A DNA stretch of 63,847 bases, counting the filler, from Dirinaria sp. TL-2023a (lineage: Eukaryota): the NCBI GenBank assembly GCA_051941275.1. It is 29 parts of 29 records of this genome, joined end to end, with 100 filler letters (N's around TTAATTAATTAA, not from the genome) between each part and the next. Parts side by side here need not be neighbours in the genome. Positions count along the whole stretch, not along the records: positions 1 to 2,149 come from JAVEBF010002377.1; positions 2,250 to 4,397 come from JAVEBF010002378.1; positions 4,498 to 6,641 come from JAVEBF010002379.1; positions 6,742 to 8,884 come from JAVEBF010002380.1; positions 8,985 to 11,112 come from JAVEBF010002381.1; positions 11,213 to 13,334 come from JAVEBF010002382.1; 23 more parts are not named here. One strand, written 5' to 3'. The notes under the pieces were generated by a model, which did not search any database, was not told the DNA's origin, and saw nothing but the letters and a program-made list of their open reading frames with translations. This document shows positions 1 to 11,694 of the stretch, piece by piece. Numbering within the stretch: position 1 is the first letter of the stretch; every line of letters starts with the position of its first letter. The position numbers were made by a program, and so were the translations under genes.

Positions 1-119
1 TGACTTAAATACACACTGCCAAGCCAACTGCCAAAACCTCACTGCTCATGCTGCTAACCGAATTGGGATAGGCATTGACGATATGCGATATGCGCAAGTT
101 GCTTCGAGAGCATCGCTTT

Positions 120-205
120 GCAATCATTGCTTGGAAATCCAATGCTTGGAAATCAATGTTTTGAAATCAACAAAGCATTGCTTAAAAATCAACAATGCAT
201 TGACC
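120..205. repeat. Imperfect short tandem repeat (unit about CAATGCTTGGAAAT), possibly a transposon subterminal repeat
   Basis: Four degenerate copies: cattgcttggaaatc / caatgcttggaaatc / aatgttttgaaatc / cattgcttaaaaatc. Confidence 0.5.
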
Positions 206-973
206 TAGATGGCAATGTCAGCAACGCACCCGGTAGGCATCTAGACACTTCCCCCTAGCCCTGCTAGACACTGTTTTGCCGGCAGATCATAGCAAGACAT
301 CCACCGAGCCACCCTACCTTATCACATAACACCGACAGTGAGACCTAAAGCTACATCATATGTAGAGTAGATGGGATCTTCAGCCGCTCAACGAAAGTAC
401 TTGGTTCTATTTGTTCGTTTCACTTTGTCTGCAGCGTCATACAGATTTTGTATGTGTGATAGGTTGCGTACTGATAAATTCAGCGTGTTGAATAGTGTCA
501 TTAAGTTGTAACACTCGCTCAACTACTTAATGCCCCATCCGAATCTCGGATCGCTCTTCTCCGTTCTACAAGATGCTACATCATACTTCGCCATATTCTA
601 GTAAGCAAAATCTTTCGTCACTCAGCAAGCATTAAAGCCAGCCCCTGCCGAGTTGCCCGCTAAAAATCTTCACGCTCGTTCCAGCATCTCACTGCAACCC
701 TTGTGACACTGATTATAGTTAAGCTGGTAGAAGCTTGTAATTGAACGTAAGCACATACTCGTATTACTCGAATTGACGCTCATCCTTCTCCGAACAGATC
801 GTGCTATCTTCGAGACATTGCATCAGGATAATTCTGGCAATCGATTCAACGTTCAGAATGGGTACTTCGGAAGTGCAACCACTACAGTCGGCCAATTTCT
901 CTAACAAAACGATTCGTCATTTAAGCCATCATCAGAAAATGAAGACCGATCTGGACGCAATCCATCCGAGTTC

Positions 974-1483
974 GTGACAACAACTCCAAAGGACCAGACT
1001 ACTCCCACCAAATCTTGTCCCGAGTCACAAGGATCATCAGCAAACTCCCTCAATGAAAAATCGCCTTCCACTTCTGCGGATGAAGAATGCGACCCAGAGG
1101 CAGAATGGGAGCCAGATGCCGAGACCCTGAGACAGATCAAGCAATCCGACTTCATCTACGAGACCTGTCTCAAGTACATGGACTGGGAAGGCAAATACTC
1201 CGACTACCCGCTCCGATACTTCAAACCGGGTTACTTCCTCCAACCAGATCCACCCGCAGAGCAATTCAATATACCTGGGCTTGCAGCTCCGGTACCGGCG
1301 CGCTGCTGGCCCCTTGATGGACCGATGGTCGCAGCAAGCGCAGTGTGGATAGAGACCGAAGAGCAAGAGGAAGAGTTGGAAGCGTGGGCGAAAAACCAAG
1401 GACGGAATGGCAGTCTGTGCCCAGATACTTATCTAGTAAGGGAAGAGAAATTGACCGGGTGGGTATTGGATGTGGACCCATAG
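974..1483 (+). CDS. Hypothetical acidic protein (true start or first exon uncertain)
   Basis: 169-codon ORF with protein-like composition (FIYETCLKYMDWEGKYSDYPLRYF). GTG start, upstream CTAAC suggests an earlier exon, no family recognised. Confidence 0.45.
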   Translation: MTTTPKDQTTPTKSCPESQGSSANSLNEKSPSTSADEECDPEAEWEPDAETLRQIKQSDFIYETCLKYMDWEGKYSDYPLRYFKPGYFLQPDPPAEQFNIPGLAAPVPARCWPLDGPMVAASAVWIETEEQEEELEAWAKNQGRNGSLCPDTYLVREEKLTGWVLDVDP

Positions 1484-2149
1484 GAGAGCTCAGGTGGTGA
1501 ATACGCATGTAGCTTGGTCATAAGTAGTTCCATATAGGGGATAGTGGCTGCGAAAGTCGAGACCACTAGAAAGGTCAGATAGGTAGCAAAAGCGCTGGTG
1601 ACGGCCCATTAATGCTCTTGGGAGCAATCTCAAGATATGATATCTCGCCTTCTGTGAGTTTTACCGTGAGCTGGATGCCGAAGTGGCCAATGCTATTCCA
1701 CCCCTTAAAGGTAGACTCTATATATTCAGTACCGATCCACAGTGCTGTCATGCATTATGATTCCAAAAATAATCAGCCTCAGACCAACCGCAAAAAACGC
1801 ACTTACAACACCAGAAACTTTTATCTTCTACTATGTCAAAACCATTAACTAATAATGGAAAGACTTCAAGGGAAGCACAGTGCGCGTACAAAATAAAACG
1901 TCATCAATCACAACACGCCAGCCAAAAATACTCATTCTAGGCGGTCAACATCGGCGAGAGTCTCTCTGCTTTTGGTATTCAAATGCTAGTCACGCCTTGC
2001 TCGTGGGTCCGAGATGTCCTGGCCTTAGGTGATAATCAGCAAGCACGGAGCGCGAGGTGGCGATGACACTAATAACGATGCCACATCTGACATGACGGAA
2101 CGGATGCGCGGACATAGAAAGCAGAAAGTAAGGCAAATTCAGATACAAA

Positions 2150-2249
2150 NNNNNNNNNNNNNNNNNNNNNNNNNNNNNNNNNNNNNNNNNNNNTTAATTA
2201 ATTAANNNNNNNNNNNNNNNNNNNNNNNNNNNNNNNNNNNNNNNNNNNN
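2150..2249. other. Artificial contig linker (44 N + TTAATTAATTAA + 44 N); first of 28 identical linkers
   Basis: The same 100-bp spacer recurs about every 2.2 kb (4398-4497, 6642-6741 ... 61671-61770). TTAATTAATTAA puts stops in all six frames. Contig lengths fall monotonically. Confidence 0.99.
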
Positions 2250-2824
2250 AGGGAGCTACATGCATATTAACGGAAGCAGCTCGACTTAAGACCGATGCGG
2301 CAAAGGTGGCTGAGGTCTGGGAGGTTCTCCTACTCTGCAGCACGGGTTGACAGCGCATCGGAAAAGTTTCAACTCATCTTGTCAGCTGTCATGAGTTGCC
2401 ATGGATATGTAAAGCTACCTTAGGTACGATAAATCGAATACATTTGTTGCCCGCTCACGAGAACAATTACTGGATAGTTTCCAATCGAATTGCATGGCTG
2501 ATAGACACCTACCTTTTTTGGCCTTTTTTGGCCTATGCTGGAAAAGAATTGCCCAATATGATTCCGTGTAGATGTGGACCATTATGTGTTATTGTGAGCT
2601 TCGTCTGTAAATTTGCAGCGGAATTCGTATATGCAACGATGATGGCGTTGTACCCTCTAGAGCTTTCAATTCCTAAGTCGATGCTAGCCCCCATCATTAC
2701 CGAGAGACGACGGTCACGTGAAGCTATCCAAGCTCTTGGCAATTTCTGCCAAGGCGGGAGTCGGGAAGTCGGAGCTCGACGACGATTGAAAACCTATCAA
2801 CAAATTGGTCCACGAAGACTCAGG

Positions 2825-4397
2825 ATGAACAAGAATACCCTGGTCCCCAAAGGCTTTCAGCGATATGAAGTACAAAATCATTGGTTGACAGACCCTCAAA
2901 TATTGATAAGTGGCAGGATGCCGTCAATCTGCTCAACAGCCAGCGTAGGCAGCTTCGACCACAAACGGGCCCTGGCCCCAATGCAAGGATGGAGGCTATG
3001 CCACAAAACCCAACTTTCAAGGGGACACCAAGTTTGTACAATATGAAGCATTGGCTGCACTGCGTTGGGCATTCTGTGACTAGTCTGTACTCAATGTTTC
3101 TAACTAGACGAGCTAACGAAAGCAGGACACCTACATTGACGGCTTGAATGTCATTCATGTAGCCGGAACGAAAGGTAAGGGTAGTACATGCGCTTTTACA
3201 CAGTCTTTCCTTCAAGTGCATAGCAAACGGGCTGGCTTTCCTAAAAAGACCGGTTTATATACCTCACCGCATCTCAAAACAATCCGCGAGAGGATCCAAA
3301 TCGACTCTAAGCCAATCCAGAAGCACCTCTTTACGAAGTATTTCTACGAGGTTTGGAACAGTCTCACCTCCGAAGATCTACCTAGACCCCGGTTTTTACA
3401 GCTCTTGATGCTTGTAGCGGTCCATGCTTTTATTAGTGAGAAAGTAGAGGTTGCTATCTTCGAAACGCACAACGGTGGAGAATACGATGCTACGAATATC
3501 TTCACAAAGCCCATAGCCACCGGCATTGCAACTATCGGCATGGACCACGTGGAGCAGCTTGGACCCTCTATCGAAAACATAGCGTGGCACAAAGCAGGTA
3601 TATTCAAAACAGGGAGTCCAGCTTACTCGGTCAATCAGGAGAGTCAAGCCGCTGCGGTCCTGAAACGTCGTGCAAATGAGAGAAATGTGTCCCTGGAATT
3701 TGTTCGAGACGAGTTGGCAGACAACACCGACGCACCAGCTATGAAGACAGCAGTTCAAAGGAGGAACGCTGCTCTTGCCGTCCGACTTGCGAACGCATTT
3801 CTCTCCCAGAAAGGGCCAAATTGTGAGCATCGTCTAACATCACATGACGTTAGCGAAGGCATAGAAGATTTCTCCTGGAATGGTCGCTTTCAGCAAATCA
3901 GCCAAGGATGTCACAGATGGTTTTTGGATGGAGCACACAATGAATTGAGTGTTCCATACCCAGCACAGTGGTTCGCGGAAATGGTGACGAAAGACCTCAG
4001 GTTGTGGAAAGAAGTGTATCATATTATGCGCCCGCGCTGACACAACTGTACAGACATCTAGGACCAATACCACGTATTCTTATCTTCAGCCACCTTTCTC
4101 AACGTGACGGAGCAGCGATGCTACGTATCATAGCCAGAACATTACATGATCACGGTGTTGTCATCAATCATCTCATCTTAAGTACTTACCGAGAGCGACT
4201 AGATGGCCAAGAGGATACCGGTGAGCTGAGGACCATTATTCTCAGTAGTGCTTGGCCTGACTAAGTATCAGCTGGCGGCCATAAATTCCCCCTTTCTGAA
4301 ATGCTACAACAGCAGTACATCGATGCTTGGACAGAGTTCCAGCCAAACGCCATTGTATCAGTTGAGCCGACGGTAGAGGGGGCTTTGAGTCTTGCCA
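2825..4397 (+). CDS. Folylpolyglutamate synthase (FPGS, MET7/FolC family), 5 exons, 3'-truncated by contig end
   Basis: Motifs RYEDAVNLLNS, IHVAGTKGKGSTC, GLYTSPHL, ETHNGGEYDATN, IAWHKAGIFK, WNGRFQ, FLDGAHN. Introns 2870-2916, 3076-3125, 4001-4053 and 4221-4271 splice in frame. Confidence 0.93.
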
Positions 4398-4497
4398 NNN
4401 NNNNNNNNNNNNNNNNNNNNNNNNNNNNNNNNNNNNNNNNNTTAATTAATTAANNNNNNNNNNNNNNNNNNNNNNNNNNNNNNNNNNNNNNNNNNNN

Positions 4498-4903
4498 TAG
4501 TAGAGTCATCGTCGACGACAATCTCATGAATACGAGCTTTCTGATTAAAGTGCGAGCAGTCATTGACATAGTGATCGACTTCGTCACATTTTCGACAGAT
4601 GATGCGCTCTGAGATATTTCTTGAGATCGAAATATAGAGTCGACTGCTATTGTGAGTTGAGATGCTATCTCGAAAACGCTGTGAATTAAATATAGTGATC
4701 ACAGACGTTGAGTCACGAATAACTGCATTGACTGAAGATCTTAAAGTAGCAGCACTACTTGAAGTCGATACATCTAAACTCGTTTTGGATTTATTGTCTG
4801 CTCGATTTGCTATAAAATGACGTTGACGATTATTCAATTGAGTTAAATACGTTCTCAACTCATTTAGTGTTGTTGTTGCAGAGAAATTATCGATCATAGT
4901 TTT
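4498..4903 (-). mobile_element. Decayed retrotransposon gag with CCHC zinc knuckle (insertion host; continues at 6573-6641)
   Basis: CRKCDEVDHYVNDC fits CX2CX4HX4C. The frame reads through (..KKVLSRMQKT|MIDNFS..) once the insertion and one TSD copy are removed. Confidence 0.8.
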
Positions 4904-5117
4904 TGTTAGAACCGGTGCAGAGTAAGTCAATGCAGGTATAGTTAACTAAGGATATTATCACTAAGAAAGAAAAGAAGAAGAAGAGAAGCTAGATACAATG
5001 GGGGTCTCAGATATATACGCGTGCGAGTGTCGCGTATCCCGATCGAGTTAGCGCGTTACCTCTGAGAACCCTGGGAGATGTTGCCTCAGATAGTATATCA
5101 GATGCATGCTCGTAACA
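4904..5117 (-). repeat. 3' LTR (214 bp, TG...CA)
   Basis: TGTTAGA...CGTAACA; aligns without gaps to 6359-6572 with 18 transitions; abuts the PPT. Confidence 0.95.
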
Positions 5118-5654
5118 CTACCTCTCTCTCCAACAAGTCATGTTCTCATGACTTCATACAAGTCTTATTCCATTGCGCATTATAAGACGTTTGTGAAGAT
5201 TCAATTATTCTAGCAATTCAGTCCATAGTAAGATGTTGTTGTAGATTCAATTTCTAGCGTTTGTATCATGTATGACGACTTCATTCTTCGCTGATTTTGT
5301 ATTCTAATATCCTGATCAATAGATGTTGACTCTGCATCAATGTTGTGTATCTTTTGTAACAGGCCTGCTGTGTGTTGACAATGTAGAAAAGTGTCTGTTG
5401 TAGTCGACTCACTATGTGGGTTGTCTGTCGCGCAGAGCTTTGATAAGATGTCTGAACAGGCCTTGACGATGTAGAAATATCTGCCGCGCAGAGTTTTAAG
5501 AATGTTATGACGTTTGAGCAGACCATGACGCATGAAGATAGAGATTGACGATTTGTCAAATTGTTCGGCGATGCTTCGTTTGCACTCAAGTTTCTCAGCG
5601 ATCAAATCTTTTACATGTTCTTACTTGACGTTGAATTTGATTTCACCGTAACAC

Positions 5655-6305
5655 GAGAATGTCTGAAAAAGTCTTGACGATGTCATTGAAGCAGACTCAC
5701 TGTAAAGAGTGTCTGAACAGATCTTGACGATGTCATTGAAACAGACTCACTGTAGAGAATGTCTGAACAGATCTTGAAGATGTCATTGAAGCAGACTCAC
5801 TATGTAAAATCGAGCCAAAAAAGATTTCTAAAAAATCGATTGTCTGTCGCATCAGAATTTCGTCGCATTCTCTTGATGACACGAATTTTGAACTGTCTGT
5901 CGTATTAGAACTTTATCGACGCATTCTCTAATAACACGAATTTCGCACTGTCTGTCGCATCAGAACTTTATCGACGCATTCTCTAATGACACGAATTTCG
6001 CACAGTTGCTCAATCGTGTAGAGTCTTTTCGCATTCTTCAGATGACACGAACTTGATAATGCAACGATGCTCAAATCACAAGAACAGAGAAACATTATGT
6101 TGCGACAATTGCAGAGATTATACTCGTTCGCAAGCATGACGAGTTTGCAACAGTGCTTCAAAAGAGAAGAACACGATGTTGCGACAATTGCGAAAATTAT
6201 ACTCGTTCGCAAGCATCGCGAGTTTTGATGCAACGATGCTCAAATCACAAAGACAGAAAAACACGATATTGCGACAATTGCGAAGATTATACTCGTCCGC
6301 AAGTA
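5655..6305. repeat. Three internal tandem-repeat blocks of the LTR element
   Basis: About 50 bp x3 (tgtctgaacagatcttgacgatgtcattgaagcagactcact), about 55 bp x3 (ctgtctgtcgcatcagaact...acacgaattt), and ttgcgacaattgc..attatactcgt.cgcaag x3. Confidence 0.85.
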
Positions 6306-6358
6306 TTGCGAGTGTGATCTGAAGTTTACATCCTCAGCTAGATAAAGTGATAATATAG

Positions 6359-6572
6359 TATTAGAATCGATGCAGAGCAAGTCAATGCAGATATAGTTAA
6401 CTAAGGATATTATCACTAAGAAAGGAAAGAAGAAGAAGAGAAGCTAGATACAATGAGGGTCCCAGATATATACGCGTGCGGATGTCGCGTATCCCGATCG
6501 AGTTAGCGCATTACCCCTAAGAATCCTGAGAGGTGTTGCCCCAGATAGTATATCAGGTGCATGCTCGTAACA
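6359..6572 (-). repeat. 5' LTR (214 bp; terminal TG mutated to TA)
   Basis: Direct repeat of 4904-5117. Confidence 0.95.
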
Positions 6573-9500
6573 GTTTTCTGCATGCGCGACAGAACTTTTT
6601 TCTTCAACTTCATCATCACATAGTTCTGCGATATATCGACANNNNNNNNNNNNNNNNNNNNNNNNNNNNNNNNNNNNNNNNNNNNTTAATTAATTAANNN
6701 NNNNNNNNNNNNNNNNNNNNNNNNNNNNNNNNNNNNNNNNNGTCATCAGCAACCACGTCTGTTTCTCGACGAGTCACGAGCGCAAGCCCACAATTCTCGA
6801 ATCACACCCCCCCCTCCTTCCTCCTCCCTCCCCCCCTCTATTATATGTTACCACACTCTTTCAATAATAATAACCAATCCACGTGAATCCTTCCGGCCTG
6901 AGGCACCTAATCGTAACGAGCGAGGCCGATCTACTTATTATTATTGCTTTTTGTGCCGTCCGGGTGTGCGAGAGCAGCTGATTGGCGGAGAGTGCATTGC
7001 AACCATGAAGCAACCAGAGCCGATCGAACAACGGCCGCTAGAGCTAGAGCTGCAGCGATCGGCATCCCTTGCTTCTTACAGGCATGGTCGAAAACGGGAG
7101 TTACCTTACGCGTACCCTTCATCTATCGCTTGATCTTCCCCACCGGGCCGTTGCGATGGGACTGCGAACGTTGCTCAGCCGAGGCAGCCTAAAGCATGTA
7201 TCATGTACCTATGTTGTACTGGACCAAAAAAACCTGCATGCATTTCACAGAGCCTCAACGGGTCGTACACCATGAACGGCATTGAAAGGATCAATGGGCC
7301 CAAATGGTGTACCGAAGTATTTCGATAATCTTATCTCTAATGTCGAGTACGGGGAGGATCGAAATCGAGGTCCGACGCGCACTGGGACCACGTAGCCACA
7401 CCAAACTTCCCTCACCACGTCATTCATCCCATCCTCCGAATCCCTCGGGAAGCATACGAATTCGAACGGACGCTACAAAGGTAGGCTAGCCAATGCCGCG
7501 AGATGGCTCCCGGATGCGAAATCGTCGATTGCGTGAATTGCTCTGTGCCAAAGATTCCAAACCAGGTTTTCTCTTTCGGCTCTGCTGCTGTTCTGCTAGA
7601 TGTATGCACTCGTGCTTGTCCCCCGAACAGTTATCGCTTGACAGTGACAACACTCATGCTATCATTGGAACAGGTAAAGGGCAATTCAGCCGCTTGACTT
7701 AATGGAAATGCTTCTTTGCAAAGACCCGTCTGGCACGACACAATAAGTTCAAATGACATCGCAAATTTAGCGGGCACTGCGTTACCTTATCCTTTGAAAA
7801 TGGTCTACAAATACAGTATGTGCAACGCGTCCTGCCAAGGATAACACTAAGGTACTGGCATCCACACCGCTACTCCCCTCCTCATCCATCTATCTCCTAC
7901 AGCTTCACGGTCCCCCTCTCATGCTTTGATGCGACCGCCTGTCCGCTCAGATCGAAGTCCATAGTAGCTTCCGCTATCATCGATATGCGCTTTTATCTCG
8001 CAGCTCCTCGTAAACAAAAATTGAAGCTCCGCAAGGATTGTTAAAAAGTAAGTCAATAAAGCGAATGCACTCAAGCTTAAGAAAATAAAGAAAATAAAAA
8101 AAAAAGCGCGAAAAGCTTTCGCGTATAAACCTCAAATTCGCTCCTCGGAGAGAGAGCCTCATATTCACCCCTGTCCACACAACCCCCTTCCTTCCAAAAA
8201 ATCTCACCACCATCAGTATAAAAAACATCCTACCCTACATACTTGAAAATCTTCCATCACAGACCAACCTCCCAAGATCCAGCCCACCCTTTTTCTCAAT
8301 TCTTCCCAATAGCATTCCTTTCCCTGCAAAATGTCCCCCCTTTTGTCGTGAACAAGAATATATATAGCTCTGAAACCCTTTATTCCCTGATGAGAAGGAA
8401 AGCGCTTTTGTGTTTTCTTGCCATTGAGGGGGGATTTAAAGGTGAATTGTGATGGGAGGGGATTTTGGTAGGGCTCCTCAACGCACGGGGTGAGGGAGAG
8501 GGGAGCTGTAGATGTAGATGTAGATAGTAAAGTAGAGCGAATAGGTAGGATGGGGGTTCTGAGGGAATGAATGCCTGGGCTAGTATGTGGCGGTTGAGGA
8601 TCTATAGACTGGACTAGGATAGGAAAAGTTTCGAGGTTTTATATAGGGATTAGAGTAGGGTTTTGGTTGTGGGAAAGAATAACTACATGTACTGTGGATA
8701 TAGATGTAATGGTAGATTAGAGTTAATCACCTACCTACCTACCGCCACACACCACCACTACTGACAACTGATAAACTTTTCGCTCGCACACCACGACTAC
8801 CCTCTATCTCTCCTCTTCTCTCTCGTCAAAACTTTGTATAGTGGTGTTCGCTAGATGGAAGATGGAAATTGGAAAATCTCCCCTNNNNNNNNNNNNNNNN
8901 NNNNNNNNNNNNNNNNNNNNNNNNNNNNTTAATTAATTAANNNNNNNNNNNNNNNNNNNNNNNNNNNNNNNNNNNNNNNNNNNNTCGCATAATCGCGAAT
9001 TGCCCTCGGGCATTCTAGCAACAGGAAAGATCTTCAAATACCACAGACTAAATGAAGATTGATGAAAAAGACTATTCTAAGCGAAGCGATAGAGATGGAA
9101 TAAGAAGAAAAATTCAAATGCTAGTAAAGAGTACTCGATATTTATACAAGTATTAGTCTTTGCAAAATCGTTGGCGGTGTAGAAATTTACGCCAATCATG
9201 TATAGCATGAACTGCCATTAGCCATGACCGTGCTTTACTTCTCGGCACTTATTCGAAAAAATTGAGATCCCACGGATTATCTACAACTACGCGTCCATCT
9301 CTATGGTTCAAATAGCGGTACAATTTTCGACAAGATAACTGAAGCGTCAAGACTGTGCATACTACACCTCGTTAACCTGCACAACACCCATCAGTTTTCC
9401 ACAAATTCTGCTCGACGAAACGCCTTAGCCGCCGCCGGGCCGCATATTTGAAAAAGTGGTCTCTCGTATTTCCCCCCCGGATGTGGGCGTCTTCTTCAAA

Positions 9501-11212
9501 AATATCTGTATTTCCGCTACCATTAGATGAAAAAGATCTGTTCGTCATGGTCTGGAACAAAATGTAAGGAAGTACCTATACCAAATTAGTCATTGAAAGC
9601 TGACTAGCCATCCATCTGTCCTTGGACCTAAACGTTGAGGAAGGATGCTCCACAGAAGTCAATCCTCATCATAAAAAACCACTCGCGGAAGCAGCTACTA
9701 AAGTCGCATTTCTTATGTCGCTCATAGACCTATTCAGCGTCACATTTCGGCCAAGTTTTCTGATGCCAAAAGAAATATTGGCTTGGAGAAGCAGATCAAT
9801 TTGACGAAGCTTTCTCTTCTGTAGCAAGTGTAGGTAGTACTTCGATCAACCCCCAGTTGCTACCAAAACCCACTAACCCGGCCCAGGAACCCATGAGCGG
9901 GTCAGCCAAGGGAAATTCTTAATTTCTATAAAACAGCACAAGAGATTGACACGACCGTCATGTAATCATGATAGAAGAATACTCACCCTCAAGCCTCTCA
10001 AACCGGATGGCGTCTCTTTAATCTACCATACAACGTCATAAGGCCAAGTCGGATGCTACGCAGAAAATCTGCGGGAACCAGTCAGCCAAAGCTGAGCCAG
10101 TAATTCCATGCTCTCAGCTCATGCTCTTCGATCATCATCATTCCCGTGGGTCAGATGTAGCGTCGATGGATCATCATTGAGCTTTTGTGTGAGGGAAATA
10201 CTGGCCTTTAATATCCTTTGGAAGAGATCTTCGTGCAGGGGTGAACATGCCACCAAAAAAAAAAAAAAAAAGAAGAAAAGAATGGCAAATGCGTTCAGTA
10301 CCACCTTAAAGATTAGAGAAACATGAAAGATAGCCAGACTCGCAGACCAAGAGAGACCTATATACGAGGCATGTATGTTTGTCACACGAATTTGTTTTCT
10401 CAGCAAGACTCGCAACAAATCGGCGCCAGCGCATATCTCAAGCCCACCAAATCATCAGACAACTCATCTATCACTAATATCAAAGACACAGCATACGAGT
10501 TTGCTTTAGCTTGAAAGATTTTCTCGTCTGATCTGTACGCTCGTCTTCCGTCCATGATTGATCAAACGAACTTTCACGTATTCTCCACGCTAGACATTTT
10601 ATAATCAATAGTACGCTCTGCTATCATGTACCCCCATCATAGAGCTAGCTGGCGATGCAATCAGACTTCTTCTCAACGTATCTCTCATGAATCTCTACTT
10701 CTGTTCGCCAAAGTACTATCAAACGATGCCAGCAAAATTACACGCTATTCGTCTACCAACGCGCAGGCGGACAAACATCAAAATTTCCAATCCAATCTTA
10801 TCATGAATCTCATCATTTATCATCTATATTCATATCAAGTAATTTTGCAAATCAATTGAAATCACGGGACAAAAGCCAGCCCAGCAGCAAAATATTGTCT
10901 TAAAGAAGATCAAATATTTTAGGATGTCAGGATCGACATACAAGAAAACAAAATCGCATAATTCCTCTATTAAAAAAATCTAAATCAAGATGCTACTAAA
11001 TGTACTCTCGGGATATGATTTTCGATCCTGAAAAATAGCAATAAGTCATTAGCGTGTCTTAACGTATCGTCGTTTATCCAACATATACACATACCACACC
11101 ACTCTGCTTATANNNNNNNNNNNNNNNNNNNNNNNNNNNNNNNNNNNNNNNNNNNNTTAATTAATTAANNNNNNNNNNNNNNNNNNNNNNNNNNNNNNNN
11201 NNNNNNNNNNNN

Positions 11213-11638
11213 GCCTTGCTCTTGTGCCATGATTCCTAGGGTCCAGGGATGGACATGAAGAGTAATGGCCCAGTCGTATAGAATCGACTTGATTGCGGCA
11301 CCTGACATGGCCTTGCATTGCAGAAGGTACTGAAGCTTTCTTGTCTTGCGTGGCTCTTTGTAATTGAGCATTTTAATTACCTCCATACCAACAGCGATAC
11401 ATTTGGCGACATATGGTTGATGTGTGGAGACTTTTTTCCGAGTGGCGCACGCTATTCGGGCCCACATCATGAAGTCATCGATGATTTCGAGGCGCGTTGT
11501 GTTCTGTCGATTGGGATCCGACAGCTCGATCGCTGCAACGCCACTTTGATCCATGTTTGTGAGGGTGACTTGCATGTCGGATCGCAATTTGGAGGGACCG
11601 ATCTCCTTGCGCCAATCTACTTGAATGAGTGCTGCCAT
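11213..11638 (-). CDS. Divergent Spo11 / topoisomerase VI-A-like protein, N-terminal catalytic winged-helix domain; 3'-truncated by contig end
   Basis: Residues 76-142 align by eye without gaps to the Spo11 segment KFS..TKRDIYY..VDNIINDISCMLKV..SLHILSTSKG. RKLQY matches RDIYY (Tyr104, codon 11329-11327), and ILYD....LHV....LGI.....G is conserved. Confidence 0.65.
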
Positions 11639-11694
11639 TACGACGTTTGGGCTAGATGAAGCTTGATTGGACTTGTAACGGCTGCGAGAGATTT

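Larger units (their letters stand above)
4904..6572 (-). mobile_element. Complete non-autonomous LTR retroelement (TRIM/LARD-like, 1669 bp)
   Basis: Two 214-bp LTRs; 5-bp TSD GTTTT at 4899-4903 and 6573-6577; PPT (GGAGAGAGAGGTAG, minus strand) at 5118-5131; no recognisable gag/pol inside. Confidence 0.92.

Noticed and set aside
2396..3046. 216-aa ORF upstream of FPGS
   Set aside because: Only 2825-2869 is used (FPGS exon 1); the rest is TTG-started read-through with no coding features.
6742..8884. Telomerase RNA or snRNA in the gene-free contig
   Set aside because: No TAACCCTAA-type template and no recognisable snRNA core found by eye; the short ORFs lack motifs.
9200..10260. Possible minus-strand gene with a gtgagt..tag intron
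   Set aside because: Several stops in every frame and no identifiable family; at most an old pseudogene.
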